Counted from the stretch's first letter, positions 18,531 through 26,970 are shown. The stretch: DNA of 32,000 nucleotides from Candidatus Paracaedimonas acanthamoebae (GCA_000743035.1 CP008936.1:1680001-1712000), one strand, 5' to 3'. The notes: a model not told the origin generated them from the letters alone. Numbers and translations: made by a program.

Positions 18531-19441
18531 CAGTTTTTCTCTTCTATAAGCGAAGTTAAGGGAGTTGGATTTATCCTTTGCAACAAAAAATCCTTTAGTG
18601 AAGTAATGGCCTTGCTATCTTTCATGTTCTCTTTATAGATGTAATACAGTTCAACAACTGGCGCCTGAAGGCTAGGCAAAATATTAATTAAGTTAGAAGA
18701 CTTAACACTAGGCCATTCTCCTGATAGTTCAGCAATACCAATCCCTTTTTTTGCCGCGTTCACAAGGCCTTCGAGGCTATTTATCTTCAAATATGGTTTT
18801 CGAATATGATGAGGTTTTGCGCCTACCGTCAAAATCCAACTACAATTACCATAAGGACTAATGATGTTATCACCATAAGAAATAATACGGTGATGATTAA
18901 GTTCTTCGGCGCTTTTAGGGATGCCATATCTTTCAAGATATAAATGGCTTGCCCATAATCCCATCGGAAAAGATTTTAAAGGGTGCTGTATCAAATTTGG
19001 GTGATGAGGAATATAAGTACAGATAGCGACATCAGCTTCTTGTAAATCAATGTTTTCCATTTTACATAAAATTCTCAGGTGAACGTCGGGGTAAACTTCA
19101 AGATACTTTCCCAAATAACTCATCAACCATGTAGAACCCACATGAGGCGTTGTAATAATCCTGAGCTCATGATTAGCCCCCTCGCTTTTATCATGGAAAG
19201 ACGTCAAAAATGCTTCATTCTTAAGCATCAGCTTTGAGGCATGGTGAAAAAGCTTTTCCCCTTCAAAGGTTAAAGTGAGACCTCGTGGATGCCGTTCAAA
19301 GAGCATTGTCTTCATTTGATATTCAAAATTTTGCATCGATCGGCTTAAAGACGATTGGCTTGTGTTTAAGAAGTCGGCCGCTTTAGTGAAATTGCCAAAC
19401 TTTGCAACGGTATAAAAAAGCTTGAGTTTTGCAAGATCCAT
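18530..19441 (-). CDS. LysR-family transcriptional regulator (upstream copy of a tandem pair)
   Basis: 303 aa, about three-quarters identical by eye to the 17628..18530 product, with the same wHTH (FYTVAKFGNFTKAADFLNTSQSSLSRSMQNFE). Confidence 0.9.
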   Translation of the reverse strand: MDLAKLKLFYTVAKFGNFTKAADFLNTSQSSLSRSMQNFEYQMKTMLFERHPRGLTLTFEGEKLFHHASKLMLKNEAFLTSFHDKSEGANHELRIITTPHVGSTWLMSYLGKYLEVYPDVHLRILCKMENIDLQEADVAICTYIPHHPNLIQHPLKSFPMGLWASHLYLERYGIPKSAEELNHHRIISYGDNIISPYGNCSWILTVGAKPHHIRKPYLKINSLEGLVNAAKKGIGIAELSGEWPSVKSSNLINILPSLQAPVVELYYIYKENMKDSKAITSLKDFLLQRINPTPLTSLIEEKN

Positions 19442-19745
19442 GAGTTTTCCTTTTCCTCTTCATTATTTAAACATATAAGAGAAAATAATGAAATATCAAT
19501 AAAGGTTGATAATAAGTCGTTGTATAATGGTAAAAATATTTTTTTATTCATGGAGGTATAGGATGTTTTATAATGTTGTTATATCGAAAATGCATGTCTA
19601 TCATCTCAAAAGAACAGTGGTAGCTTGAAGAGCCGTTGATTACAGTTTAATTGTGGTGCCGACATAAAACGGTCCACACTATAGAAGAATCGGTTTCCCT
19701 TTTTCTCCCCCTTATATAGCCGATTCTTCTCCCTCCCCTAATGTG

Positions 19746-19767
19746 CCAGAGGCTTTTATGCCTCTGG
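19746..19767 (+). terminator. GC-rich hairpin, possible terminator of a short + strand transcript
   Basis: CCAGAGGC-ttttat-GCCTCTGG (8-bp stem) followed by ACTTACTTTAAATT, which is only moderately T-rich. Confidence 0.3.
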
Positions 19768-19860
19768 ACTTACTTTAAATTCCCTTAATAAATAATTTAT
19801 GACATGAGATTAAAAATAAGGTGCCATTCTCCTCTATAAAGTCACCCTGTTTATTAAAAA

Positions 19861-19876
19861 TGTTTCACGTGAAACA
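19861..19876. other. parS: parS site 5; perfect palindrome extends to 26 bp (19856-19881)
   Basis: Exact 16-mer in the 754-bp non-coding gap between the LysR pair and hslU. Confidence 0.85.
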
Positions 19877-20008
19877 TTTTTTAAGAAGATTCCATTAACC
19901 CCCTTTCAAAACGAGTTTTTTATATTTTCTTGATGCTTGTAATGGTTTCAAAAGAACATTATTCTAATTTTTATCAAAAGGTTATAAAGTCACCCACTAT
20001 ATTACAGT

Positions 20009-20160
20009 GTCATCCCCGCGAAGGCGGGTTCCAGAAATGTTGAGAGATATTGAATGGTGATAGGCAAGATCTTTATGTTGCTTGAGATCCTTGGGACAAG
20101 CCCAAGGATGACCTGGATTGAAATCTGTCGTTTGTCACCCCCGCGAAGGCGGGGATCCAA
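20009..20160. repeat. Cluster of three REP/MITE-like units, each GTCAYCC followed by a GC-rich hairpin
   Basis: Unit 1, 20009-20034: gtcatCCCCGCgaagGCGGGttccag. Unit 3, 20134-20160: gtcacCCCCGCgaagGCGGGGatccaa, a near-identical direct repeat of unit 1. Unit 2, 20089-20116, is inverted: on the minus strand it reads ccaGGTCATCC-TTGGGcttgtCCCAAgg. The units translate to the VIPAKAG / SPPSRG-type peptides that typically mark such repeats in spurious ORFs (e.g. listed ORF 20135..20368). Confidence 0.65.
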
Positions 20161-20195
20161 AAAAGTCATTCATCAGCATGCTTGACGCAAGTACC

Positions 20196-21506
20196 TTATA
20201 AAATAAATTTTGAAAGATCAGTATTCTTAGCGAGTTCTTGAACCGTTTCACGAACGTATTGGGGAGTAATATCAATCGTTTCCCCCCCACGATCGCTTGC
20301 GGTGAAGCTGATCTCTTCAAGAAGCTTTTCAAGGATCGTATGAAGGCGACGCGCGCCAATGTTTTCAACGTTTTGATTTACTTCAGCGGCCAGCGCTGCA
20401 ATTTCTTGAATGGCATCGGCTTGAAAGCCAAGAATCACGCCTTCTGTTGCAAGAAGCGCCTCATATTGCTTAATAAGACTAGTCTCAGGTTCTGTCAGGA
20501 TTTGGACAAAGTCTTCTTTCTTTAACGCGTTGAGTTCAACGCGAATGGGTAAGCGACCTTGAAGCTCAGGCAGGAGATCTGAAGGTTTTGCTAAATGAAA
20601 GGCGCCTGACGCAATAAAGAGGATATGATCCGTTTTCACGGTGCCATGCTTCGTTGCAACAGAGGTACCTTCAATCAAAGGCAAAAGATCACGCTGCACA
20701 CCTTCTCGGCTGACGTCTGCGCCATGACGATCTGAACGCGCACAAATCTTATCGATTTCATCAATAAAAACAATGCCATTTTGCTCAACTGACGTGATGG
20801 CTTCTTGAACGGTTTTCTCAAGATCGATGAGCTTGTCGCTTTCCTCTACAATCAAAAGCTCAAGCGCTTCAGAAACAGGCATTTTACGTGTTTTAGTCCT
20901 GTTGCCAAACGCTTTGCCAAAGACATCGCCGAGGTTCAGCATCCCCATTTGGGCACCGGGCATGCCAGGAACATCAACAGTTGGCATTTGAAGGCCGGCA
21001 GTATCAGAGACTTCAATTTCAATCTCACGCTCACTAAGCTTACCTTCATGCAGCATGCGACGGAATTTTTCTTGGGTCTCTTCAGAGGCATTTTCGCCTA
21101 CGAGAACTTGCAGAATGCGTTCTTCGGCATTGATCTCAGCTTTTGCTTGAACCTCTTTCCTATGGCGGTCTTTCTGGGCATGGATGGCAATTTCAATGAG
21201 GTCGCGAACAATTTGTTCAACATCGCGGCCAACATACCCAACTTCTGTGAATTTAGTGGCTTCAACTTTTAAAAAAGGCGCATCAGCAAGTTTGGCAAGG
21301 CGTCGCGCAATTTCAGTTTTACCAACACCTGTAGGACCAATCATTAAGATATTTTTGGGCAAAATTTCTTCGCGAAGCTCTTCTCTCACCTGAAGACGTC
21401 GCCAGCGATTGCGTAAGGCAAGGGCAACAGCACGCTTGGCTTCTTTTTGGCCAACAATAAACCGATCAAGCTCTGAGACAATTTCACGCGGTGTAAAAGA
21501 TTTCAT
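20196..21506 (-). CDS. hslU: ATP-dependent protease ATPase subunit HslU
   Basis: 436 aa with [15 protein letters not shown], Walker [17 protein letters not shown], Walker [11 protein letters not shown] and [18 protein letters not shown]. Confidence 0.96.
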   Translation of the reverse strand: MKSFTPREIVSELDRFIVGQKEAKRAVALALRNRWRRLQVREELREEILPKNILMIGPTGVGKTEIARRLAKLADAPFLKVEATKFTEVGYVGRDVEQIVRDLIEIAIHAQKDRHRKEVQAKAEINAEERILQVLVGENASEETQEKFRRMLHEGKLSEREIEIEVSDTAGLQMPTVDVPGMPGAQMGMLNLGDVFGKAFGNRTKTRKMPVSEALELLIVEESDKLIDLEKTVQEAITSVEQNGIVFIDEIDKICARSDRHGADVSREGVQRDLLPLIEGTSVATKHGTVKTDHILFIASGAFHLAKPSDLLPELQGRLPIRVELNALKKEDFVQILTEPETSLIKQYEALLATEGVILGFQADAIQEIAALAAEVNQNVENIGARRLHTILEKLLEEISFTASDRGGETIDITPQYVRETVQELAKNTDLSKFIL

Positions 21507-22057
21507 AGGGCTAACTTTTCTACTGTAATGTTATGATTGGTATAAATACAAAGATCTCCCGCAATTTTCATGGCTTTTCGGGCGATTTCTTCGGCTGAGA
21601 GATGGTCAACGTCAATAAGGGCACGGGCAGCAGCCAGCGCATAAGCGCCTCCGGATCCAATGCCAATGACACCATCTTCAGGCTCTAGGACGTCTCCATT
21701 TCCTGTTAAGGTCAGAGAGGTATTGGCATCTGCAACCGCCATTAGAGCCTCAAGGCGACGCAAGTATTTATCGGTTCGCCAATCTTTTGCGAGCTCAACA
21801 CACGCTCTCGTTAATTGTGATGGATATTGTTCAAGCTTCGCTTCCAATCGTTCAAATAAGGTAAACGCATCCGCAGTTGCTCCTGCAAAGCCTGCAATGA
21901 CATGACCATTGCCAAGCCTTCTTACTTTTCGAGCTTGAGATTTAATGGTAATGGCGCCCATTGTTACCTGGCCATCGCCCGCAATGACAACTTCATTCCC
22001 TTTACGAATACTAAGGATGGTTGTCCCATGCCATGAGGTGGATTGTTCTTGTGTCAT
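21503..22057 (-). CDS. hslV: ATP-dependent protease subunit HslV
   Basis: 184 aa with the [12 protein letters not shown] catalytic-Thr region and [14 protein letters not shown]. 4-nt overlap with hslU. SD AAGGAG lies 7 nt before the ATG. Confidence 0.95.
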   Translation of the reverse strand: MTQEQSTSWHGTTILSIRKGNEVVIAGDGQVTMGAITIKSQARKVRRLGNGHVIAGFAGATADAFTLFERLEAKLEQYPSQLTRACVELAKDWRTDKYLRRLEALMAVADANTSLTLTGNGDVLEPEDGVIGIGSGGAYALAAARALIDVDHLSAEEIARKAMKIAGDLCIYTNHNITVEKLAL

Positions 22058-22140
22058 TCAAAGTCTCCTTGACTTTTACGCCTAAAGTATTTCCAAAATA
22101 ATGTGGTTTTTCAAACAAGTCATATCATTTGGAGGTAAAA

Positions 22141-22506
22141 ATGTCATACGATGAAGGAAACATCTTTGCAAGGATTTTAAGAGGAGAAGTCCCTTGTAAA
22201 AAGATCTTTGAGAATAAAGAAGCCCTCGCGTTTCATGATGCTTATCCTCAAGCGCCTGTCCATGCTCTTGTGATTCCCAAAGCAGCCTATCAAAATGTTT
22301 ATGAATTTTATCAAAATGCTACGCCAGAACAATTAAAAGGCTTCTCAGAGGCCATTGTGAATGTCATTGATTTGTTGGGGTTAAAAGAGTATGGCTATCG
22401 TATGATTACAAATCATGGCCTTTATGGAGGCCAAGAAGTCCCTCATTTTCATGTTCATTTGTTGGGCGGTAAACCTTTAGGACGGATGGTCACTGTTCGT
22501 GATTAA
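22141..22506 (+). CDS. HIT-family (histidine triad) nucleotide hydrolase
   Basis: ~121 aa with FAKI-type N-terminus (IFARILRGEVPC) and histidine triad HFHVHLLGG. The ATG at 22141 follows SD GGAGG (22131-22135) and is preferred to the listed TTG at 22129. Confidence 0.9.
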   Translation: MSYDEGNIFARILRGEVPCKKIFENKEALAFHDAYPQAPVHALVIPKAAYQNVYEFYQNATPEQLKGFSEAIVNVIDLLGLKEYGYRMITNHGLYGGQEVPHFHVHLLGGKPLGRMVTVRD

Positions 22507-22523
22507 TTCGCATACTTGATTGG

Positions 22524-25500
22524 ATGAAAAATTTTTCCCTTAAAAATGGTGTTTCTTTTGAAGAACTTAAGACATTGGAAGGTCTTAAAAAAGTTGATGC
22601 TTCTTTTCTCAGTTTCCTGACCCAGCAAGATCCTTTACAAGGAGCGGAATATCAGAAAGCTCGATTAACACCTGAAACATTAACCCCCCAAGAGGAAAGT
22701 TCTTTTCTTATTAAGGTGGCCACTTTTCTTGAGGATTATCTTGCCGCTTTATTTGGTATTGAGAAAGAGATTGAGAAGCTTCGAGAGCAGCACACCCTTT
22801 TAGACCCTTTATGGCGGTGTAAAAGGCAATTTGTCTTGCGGCGTGTAGCGCTTAAAAAAAAGGACAGGCCTGCGCAAGCTTTCTCCCCTTCTCTCTTTAA
22901 GGAATTTCAAGACAACGAAGATCTTTTGACCCAAGAACTCAACTTTGCGCAGCAAATCTTAAAGTGGCTCGAAAACGAGGCGCTGAATCACGAAAACCTT
23001 GCTCATGCTGTTCATTATGCCGAATGGGCTCTTACCCATCCAGAAGGCCAGAAAAAACACCAGAAGGGCCTTCTTTTTAAGCTTCCTGCTCGATGGGATT
23101 TTGCACGGTTAATTGAGGTTGAGGAAGAAGATAAAGGCTTCACGGTTCAGCATAACCACAAACGAGAACGAAAAGGATTTCATCACACGGATCCCGGCGT
23201 TTCGCTTGCGCATGCTCTTGACCAAGCAACCTATTGCATTAAGTGTCACCCTCAAGGCAAAGATTCATGCGCGAAGGGGCTCTTTGAAAAAGGGACAGAG
23301 GTGTTACAAAAAAATCCTTTAGGGAATACACTTACAGGCTGCCCTCTTCAGCAAAAAATTTCAGAGATGAATGAATTAAAAGAAAGGGGCCTTAGTTTAG
23401 CCGCTTTTGCAATAATATTACTAGATAACCCGTTGGTGGCGGCCACAGGACATCGGATCTGCAATGATTGCGCGAAGGCGTGTATTTTTCAAAAGCAAAC
23501 GCCTGTGGATGTTCCTTCCATTGAAACCCAGATATTAGAAGAAATTCTTGCTCTACCTTGGGGATTTGAAATGTACGCTCTTCTTGTGCGGTGGAATCCT
23601 TTGAATCTGAAAAAGCCTTTTCCTGAAGCTTCAACTGGGCGTAACACCCTTGTGGTGGGGATGGGTCCTGCAGGTTTTACCGTGGCTCATTATCTTCTCA
23701 GAGATGGGCATACTGTCATTGGCGTTGATGGACTTAAGATTGAGCCGTTACCACCTCATTTTCACAAGCCTATTTATAATATTAAAGCGCATTTTGAAGA
23801 TTTAGATCAACGTCTTATTGCAGGATTTGGTGGCGTAGCTGAATACGGCATTACGGTGCGCTGGCAGAAGAATTATTTACTTTTAATTCGTATTCTTCTT
23901 GAGCGACAGGCGAAGTTTCGATTGTTTGGGGGGGTTAGGTTTGGCAGCCAGCTGACTAAAGAGACAAGTTGGGCGCTTGGATTTCATCATATTGCTTTGT
24001 GTTGTGGGGCCGGAAGTCCTCGTTGGCTTTCTCTTAAAAATGGGACCGCCCCTGGCGTTCGTTTAGCTCAAGATTTTTTGATGGGATTACAATTGACAGG
24101 GGCAAGCCGCTCTTCTTCTTTTTCGTCCCTCACGATTAGGCTTCCTATCGTTGTTATTGGAGGGGGATTAACAGCAATCGATGCAGCAACAGAAGCCTTA
24201 GCTTATTATCCTCTTCAAGTGAAAAAATTTTCTGACCGATACCATGCCCTTGTCGAGAAATTAGGTTACGAAGAGGTCACACGAGATTGGCAAGTAGAAG
24301 ATCATGCAATTGCGCAAGAATTTTTAGCTCATGCACGTCTATTCATGCAGACTAAAAACACCCTTCAAGAAACTTTAGAGAGCCTGGGTGGGGCCACGAT
24401 TCTTTATCGAAAGAATTTAACCGATGCGCCTAGTTATCGACTTAATCATGAAGAAGTCTTTAAAGCCATGCAAGAAGGTGTAAAATTCTTACTAGATGCT
24501 CTTCCTTTAGAAGTCATCGTTGATTCTTATGGTTATGCAAAAAGCCTTAAAATACGTCACAAAGCTCAAGAAGAAGAGATGGTCGCGCGGACGATTTTAA
24601 TCGCGACAGGCGCAACCCCAAATACACAAGTCGCTGAGGAGGATCCTGATAGTTTTGCCACGGCTGAGGAATATTTAAAGCCCTTAATGCCGGGGAGTTG
24701 CATAGTATATCAAGAGGGTGAAGGGCGGGCTATCAGTCATTTTGGAGATCTTCATGCGCGCTATGCTGGCAGTGTCGTCAAAGCCATGGCAAGCGCAAAG
24801 CAAGGTGTTCCCTTGATCTCGGACACTCTTTTAAAAATTAAGGTAACTCAGGAGGATACGTCAGTTTTTATCCGCCGGATTGAGCACGCTTTAACATCAA
24901 AACTTGTGGCTGTGACTCGTTTAACGCCAGATGTTCACGAGCTTATTATATCTGCACCTGCTGCAGCACAAAACTTTCAACCAGGACAATTTTTTCGCCT
25001 ACAAAATTATGAAGACTTAGCTCCTCGGATTCATCATCCTCCTTTAGTGATGGAAAATATGGCTGTTCGAGGTGCCTGGGTCGATAAAGATCAAGGTCTT
25101 ATCCATGGGATTATTTCTAACGCAGGGGCTTCTTCATTGATCAGTCGATATTTAAAGCCAGGCGACCCTATTGTTTTCATGGGACCGACGGGAGCACCCC
25201 TTGCAATTCCTGACCAAGAAAAAGTGCTTTTAATTGGAGAAGGTCATGCAAATACAGGGTTGTTAGAAATCGGAAAAGCCATGCAAAAGGCCGGTAATGA
25301 TGTGCATTATTTGATGGGATATCCCCATCCAAAAGAGGTTATCTATCAAGAAAAAGCTGAACAAACCTCAGATGTTATCTATTGGACATTTACGCAACCC
25401 GTTGATGATTGGTCTCGACGACCCCAAGATCATCTTTATCAAGGAACGATCATAGAGACCTTATATAAGCTTGTGGAAACACAACAATTAATGGATGTAG

Positions 25501-25847
25501 ATCACTTATTTATTATTGCTTCTGTAAAAACAATGGCGGCGGTGGAACAGATGCGTCCTTTGTTGAGTAAGTCTTTGCTTAAGACCTCTTGTAACATGAC
25601 TGCAAGTGTAAGCGCTCCCATGCAATGTATGATGAAGGGGGTGTGTGGCCAATGCCTCCAGCGCCACAAAGATCCTTTAACCGGCCTAGAAAACATGGTG
25701 TTGTCGTGCCGTACTCAAGATCAATCTCTAGAGAAGATTGATTTTGAAAGCCTTCAAGGGCGCCTTAAGCAAAATAGCCTACAGGAAAAAGTGAATGCCT
25801 TATGGCTGAGGGAGTATATGTGGCATTTCGATGAAGCGTACCACTGA
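22524..25847 (+). CDS. Large fusion oxidoreductase with four parts: unknown N-terminal ~230 aa; GltD/NfnB-like Fe-S domain; two-Rossmann pyridine-nucleotide oxidoreductase; PyrK/NfnA-like FAD/NAD(P) plus [2Fe-2S] module
   Basis: 1107 aa. The Cys-rich GltD-type N-domain reads CIKCHPQGKDSC...GCPLQQKISEMNEL...NPLVAATGHRICNDCAKACIF...PVDVPSIE. The first dinucleotide fold is VVGMGPAGFTVAHYLLRDGHTVIGVDG and the second is VVIGGGLTAIDAATEA. The FNR/PyrK-like part has FQPGQFFRL, FMGPTGAP and LLIGEGHANTGLLEIG, with the C-terminal cluster motif MQCMMKGVCGQCLQ...VLSCRTQDQ. Confidence 0.7.
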   Translation: MKNFSLKNGVSFEELKTLEGLKKVDASFLSFLTQQDPLQGAEYQKARLTPETLTPQEESSFLIKVATFLEDYLAALFGIEKEIEKLREQHTLLDPLWRCKRQFVLRRVALKKKDRPAQAFSPSLFKEFQDNEDLLTQELNFAQQILKWLENEALNHENLAHAVHYAEWALTHPEGQKKHQKGLLFKLPARWDFARLIEVEEEDKGFTVQHNHKRERKGFHHTDPGVSLAHALDQATYCIKCHPQGKDSCAKGLFEKGTEVLQKNPLGNTLTGCPLQQKISEMNELKERGLSLAAFAIILLDNPLVAATGHRICNDCAKACIFQKQTPVDVPSIETQILEEILALPWGFEMYALLVRWNPLNLKKPFPEASTGRNTLVVGMGPAGFTVAHYLLRDGHTVIGVDGLKIEPLPPHFHKPIYNIKAHFEDLDQRLIAGFGGVAEYGITVRWQKNYLLLIRILLERQAKFRLFGGVRFGSQLTKETSWALGFHHIALCCGAGSPRWLSLKNGTAPGVRLAQDFLMGLQLTGASRSSSFSSLTIRLPIVVIGGGLTAIDAATEALAYYPLQVKKFSDRYHALVEKLGYEEVTRDWQVEDHAIAQEFLAHARLFMQTKNTLQETLESLGGATILYRKNLTDAPSYRLNHEEVFKAMQEGVKFLLDALPLEVIVDSYGYAKSLKIRHKAQEEEMVARTILIATGATPNTQVAEEDPDSFATAEEYLKPLMPGSCIVYQEGEGRAISHFGDLHARYAGSVVKAMASAKQGVPLISDTLLKIKVTQEDTSVFIRRIEHALTSKLVAVTRLTPDVHELIISAPAAAQNFQPGQFFRLQNYEDLAPRIHHPPLVMENMAVRGAWVDKDQGLIHGIISNAGASSLISRYLKPGDPIVFMGPTGAPLAIPDQEKVLLIGEGHANTGLLEIGKAMQKAGNDVHYLMGYPHPKEVIYQEKAEQTSDVIYWTFTQPVDDWSRRPQDHLYQGTIIETLYKLVETQQLMDVDHLFIIASVKTMAAVEQMRPLLSKSLLKTSCNMTASVSAPMQCMMKGVCGQCLQRHKDPLTGLENMVLSCRTQDQSLEKIDFESLQGRLKQNSLQEKVNALWLREYMWHFDEAYH

Positions 25848-25931
25848 AGGTTTTAGTCTTAAATTGACAGAAAGTCTCATTGGTGAATAATATTAAAACT
25901 AATCTTAACCTTACCAAGAAAGAAGACCTCC

Positions 25932-26906
25932 ATGAAAAAGCGATTTCTCTTACTCTCACTTTTATCTCTTGCTGGCGTTAAGAGTGTTGGTGCCACCGCA
26001 ATTGAAAGTATTTTTCCTGAAGCTTTTAAGCCAAGAATAACTATCCAAGAAAAAGATATTTATGGGGTACAAGGCTATCAAGTGCAAGAATTCATAGGAA
26101 GTGAGGTCAATAGGAACCATTGGGATAGCCGCGGAGACCAAACAATCCAATCTCTTGTAATGCATTATACGGTTTGTGATTATCCAACCACGATGCGGTT
26201 ATTTACAGCAAACATCCCTGATGGGCGTGTCAGTGCCCACTATGTCATTACTGAAAAAGAAGAAGTGAATGCCGTTAAAGGAGGCGTTGTCACTCAACTT
26301 GTCCCAGAAGAAAAGCGGGCTTGGCACGCTGGGGCCAGTTATTGGAGAGGAATTCAAAATCTTAATGCTTCTTCGATTGGTGTTGAAAATGTGAATAAAG
26401 GTTTTATTGAAAGTGGTGGGAAACGACAATGGTTTGCATTTGATCCTGATCAAATTGCCACGTTAGGTCAACTGAGTGCAGGAATTGTTGAAAAATATAA
26501 TATTTCTCCTGAAAATGTTGTTGGACATGCTGATATTGTGCCTGATAAGAAATCAGATCCTGGTATCTTATTTCCTTGGGAAGAGCTTTATACACAATAT
26601 GGGGTAGGTGCTTGGCTTACTGAAAAAGAAAGAAGCAACCCCACATTTATATCAGAGGGATACCTTCCGAAAGAACCGCTTCCTCAAGGTATCAGCGAGG
26701 CTTTCTTTTTAAATGCTTTGCGGGCGTATGGGTATCAATGTCCTGAGAGTGCCTACATTACGCCAGCGCATGAGCCTGTTATCAAAGCTTTTAAAGCTCA
26801 TTTTTCGCATAATCAAAAGCCTGACCATTACACGGCAACCCTTGATAAAACAGCCATGGTATGGGCCTGGGGTTTAAGTGCCAAATATCCTCAAGAAGAA
26901 AAATAG
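25932..26906 (+). CDS. Secreted N-acetylmuramoyl-L-alanine amidase (Amidase_2 / AmpD-AmiD / PGRP fold)
   Basis: 324 aa with a Sec signal peptide (MKKRFLLLSLLSLAGVKSVGA) and Amidase_2 motifs VMHYT, SAHYVI, RAWHAGASYWRG, NASSIGVENVN and VGHADIVPDKKSDPG. Confidence 0.85.
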   Translation: MKKRFLLLSLLSLAGVKSVGATAIESIFPEAFKPRITIQEKDIYGVQGYQVQEFIGSEVNRNHWDSRGDQTIQSLVMHYTVCDYPTTMRLFTANIPDGRVSAHYVITEKEEVNAVKGGVVTQLVPEEKRAWHAGASYWRGIQNLNASSIGVENVNKGFIESGGKRQWFAFDPDQIATLGQLSAGIVEKYNISPENVVGHADIVPDKKSDPGILFPWEELYTQYGVGAWLTEKERSNPTFISEGYLPKEPLPQGISEAFFLNALRAYGYQCPESAYITPAHEPVIKAFKAHFSHNQKPDHYTATLDKTAMVWAWGLSAKYPQEEK

Positions 26907-26970
26907 CCTGCAAGAGAAGGTCAATACCTTATGGCTTCGTCATTTATTGAAAACTCAGATTCGAGCATAA
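26902..26970 (+). pseudogene. Orphan 3'-terminal gene fragment homologous to the end of the 1107-aa oxidoreductase gene
   Basis: The fragment translates as NSLQEKVNTLWLRHLLKTQIRA*. Its first 13 codons match codons 25773-25811 (NSLQEKVNALWLR) at 12/13 aa and 30/39 nt, and 7 of the 8 differing codons are synonymous. There is no upstream ORF in this frame beyond the amidase 3' end. Confidence 0.7.

Noticed and set aside
17477-20005. Short shared strings near parS sites 3-5: cccactatat (17489 and 19993 areas) and atcaaaaggttat (16687 and 19972), suggesting larger repeated modules around parS
   Set aside because: Pairwise 10-13-mer matches are expected many times by chance in 32 kb of AT-rich DNA. 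My by-eye alignment of the ~130-bp flanks is only marginally better than random, so homology is not demonstrated.
20135-20368. 77-aa minus-strand ORF ending ...FFGSPPSRG
   Set aside because: Its C-terminus is the translation of REP-like unit 3, and the rest overlaps the hslU 3' end in another frame. This is a typical repeat-derived spurious ORF.
20805-21905. Several + strand ORFs (20805..21272, 21184..21393, 21660..21905) and 20238..20525
   Set aside because: All are antisense shadows of the strongly supported hslU and hslV genes, with no motifs or start signals.
22058-22128. Search for a sigma-32 (RpoH) heat-shock promoter upstream of hslVU
   Set aside because: A CTTG...GAAA string is present, but no correctly spaced CCCCAT/CYTAT -10 element follows, so I cannot support a promoter call.
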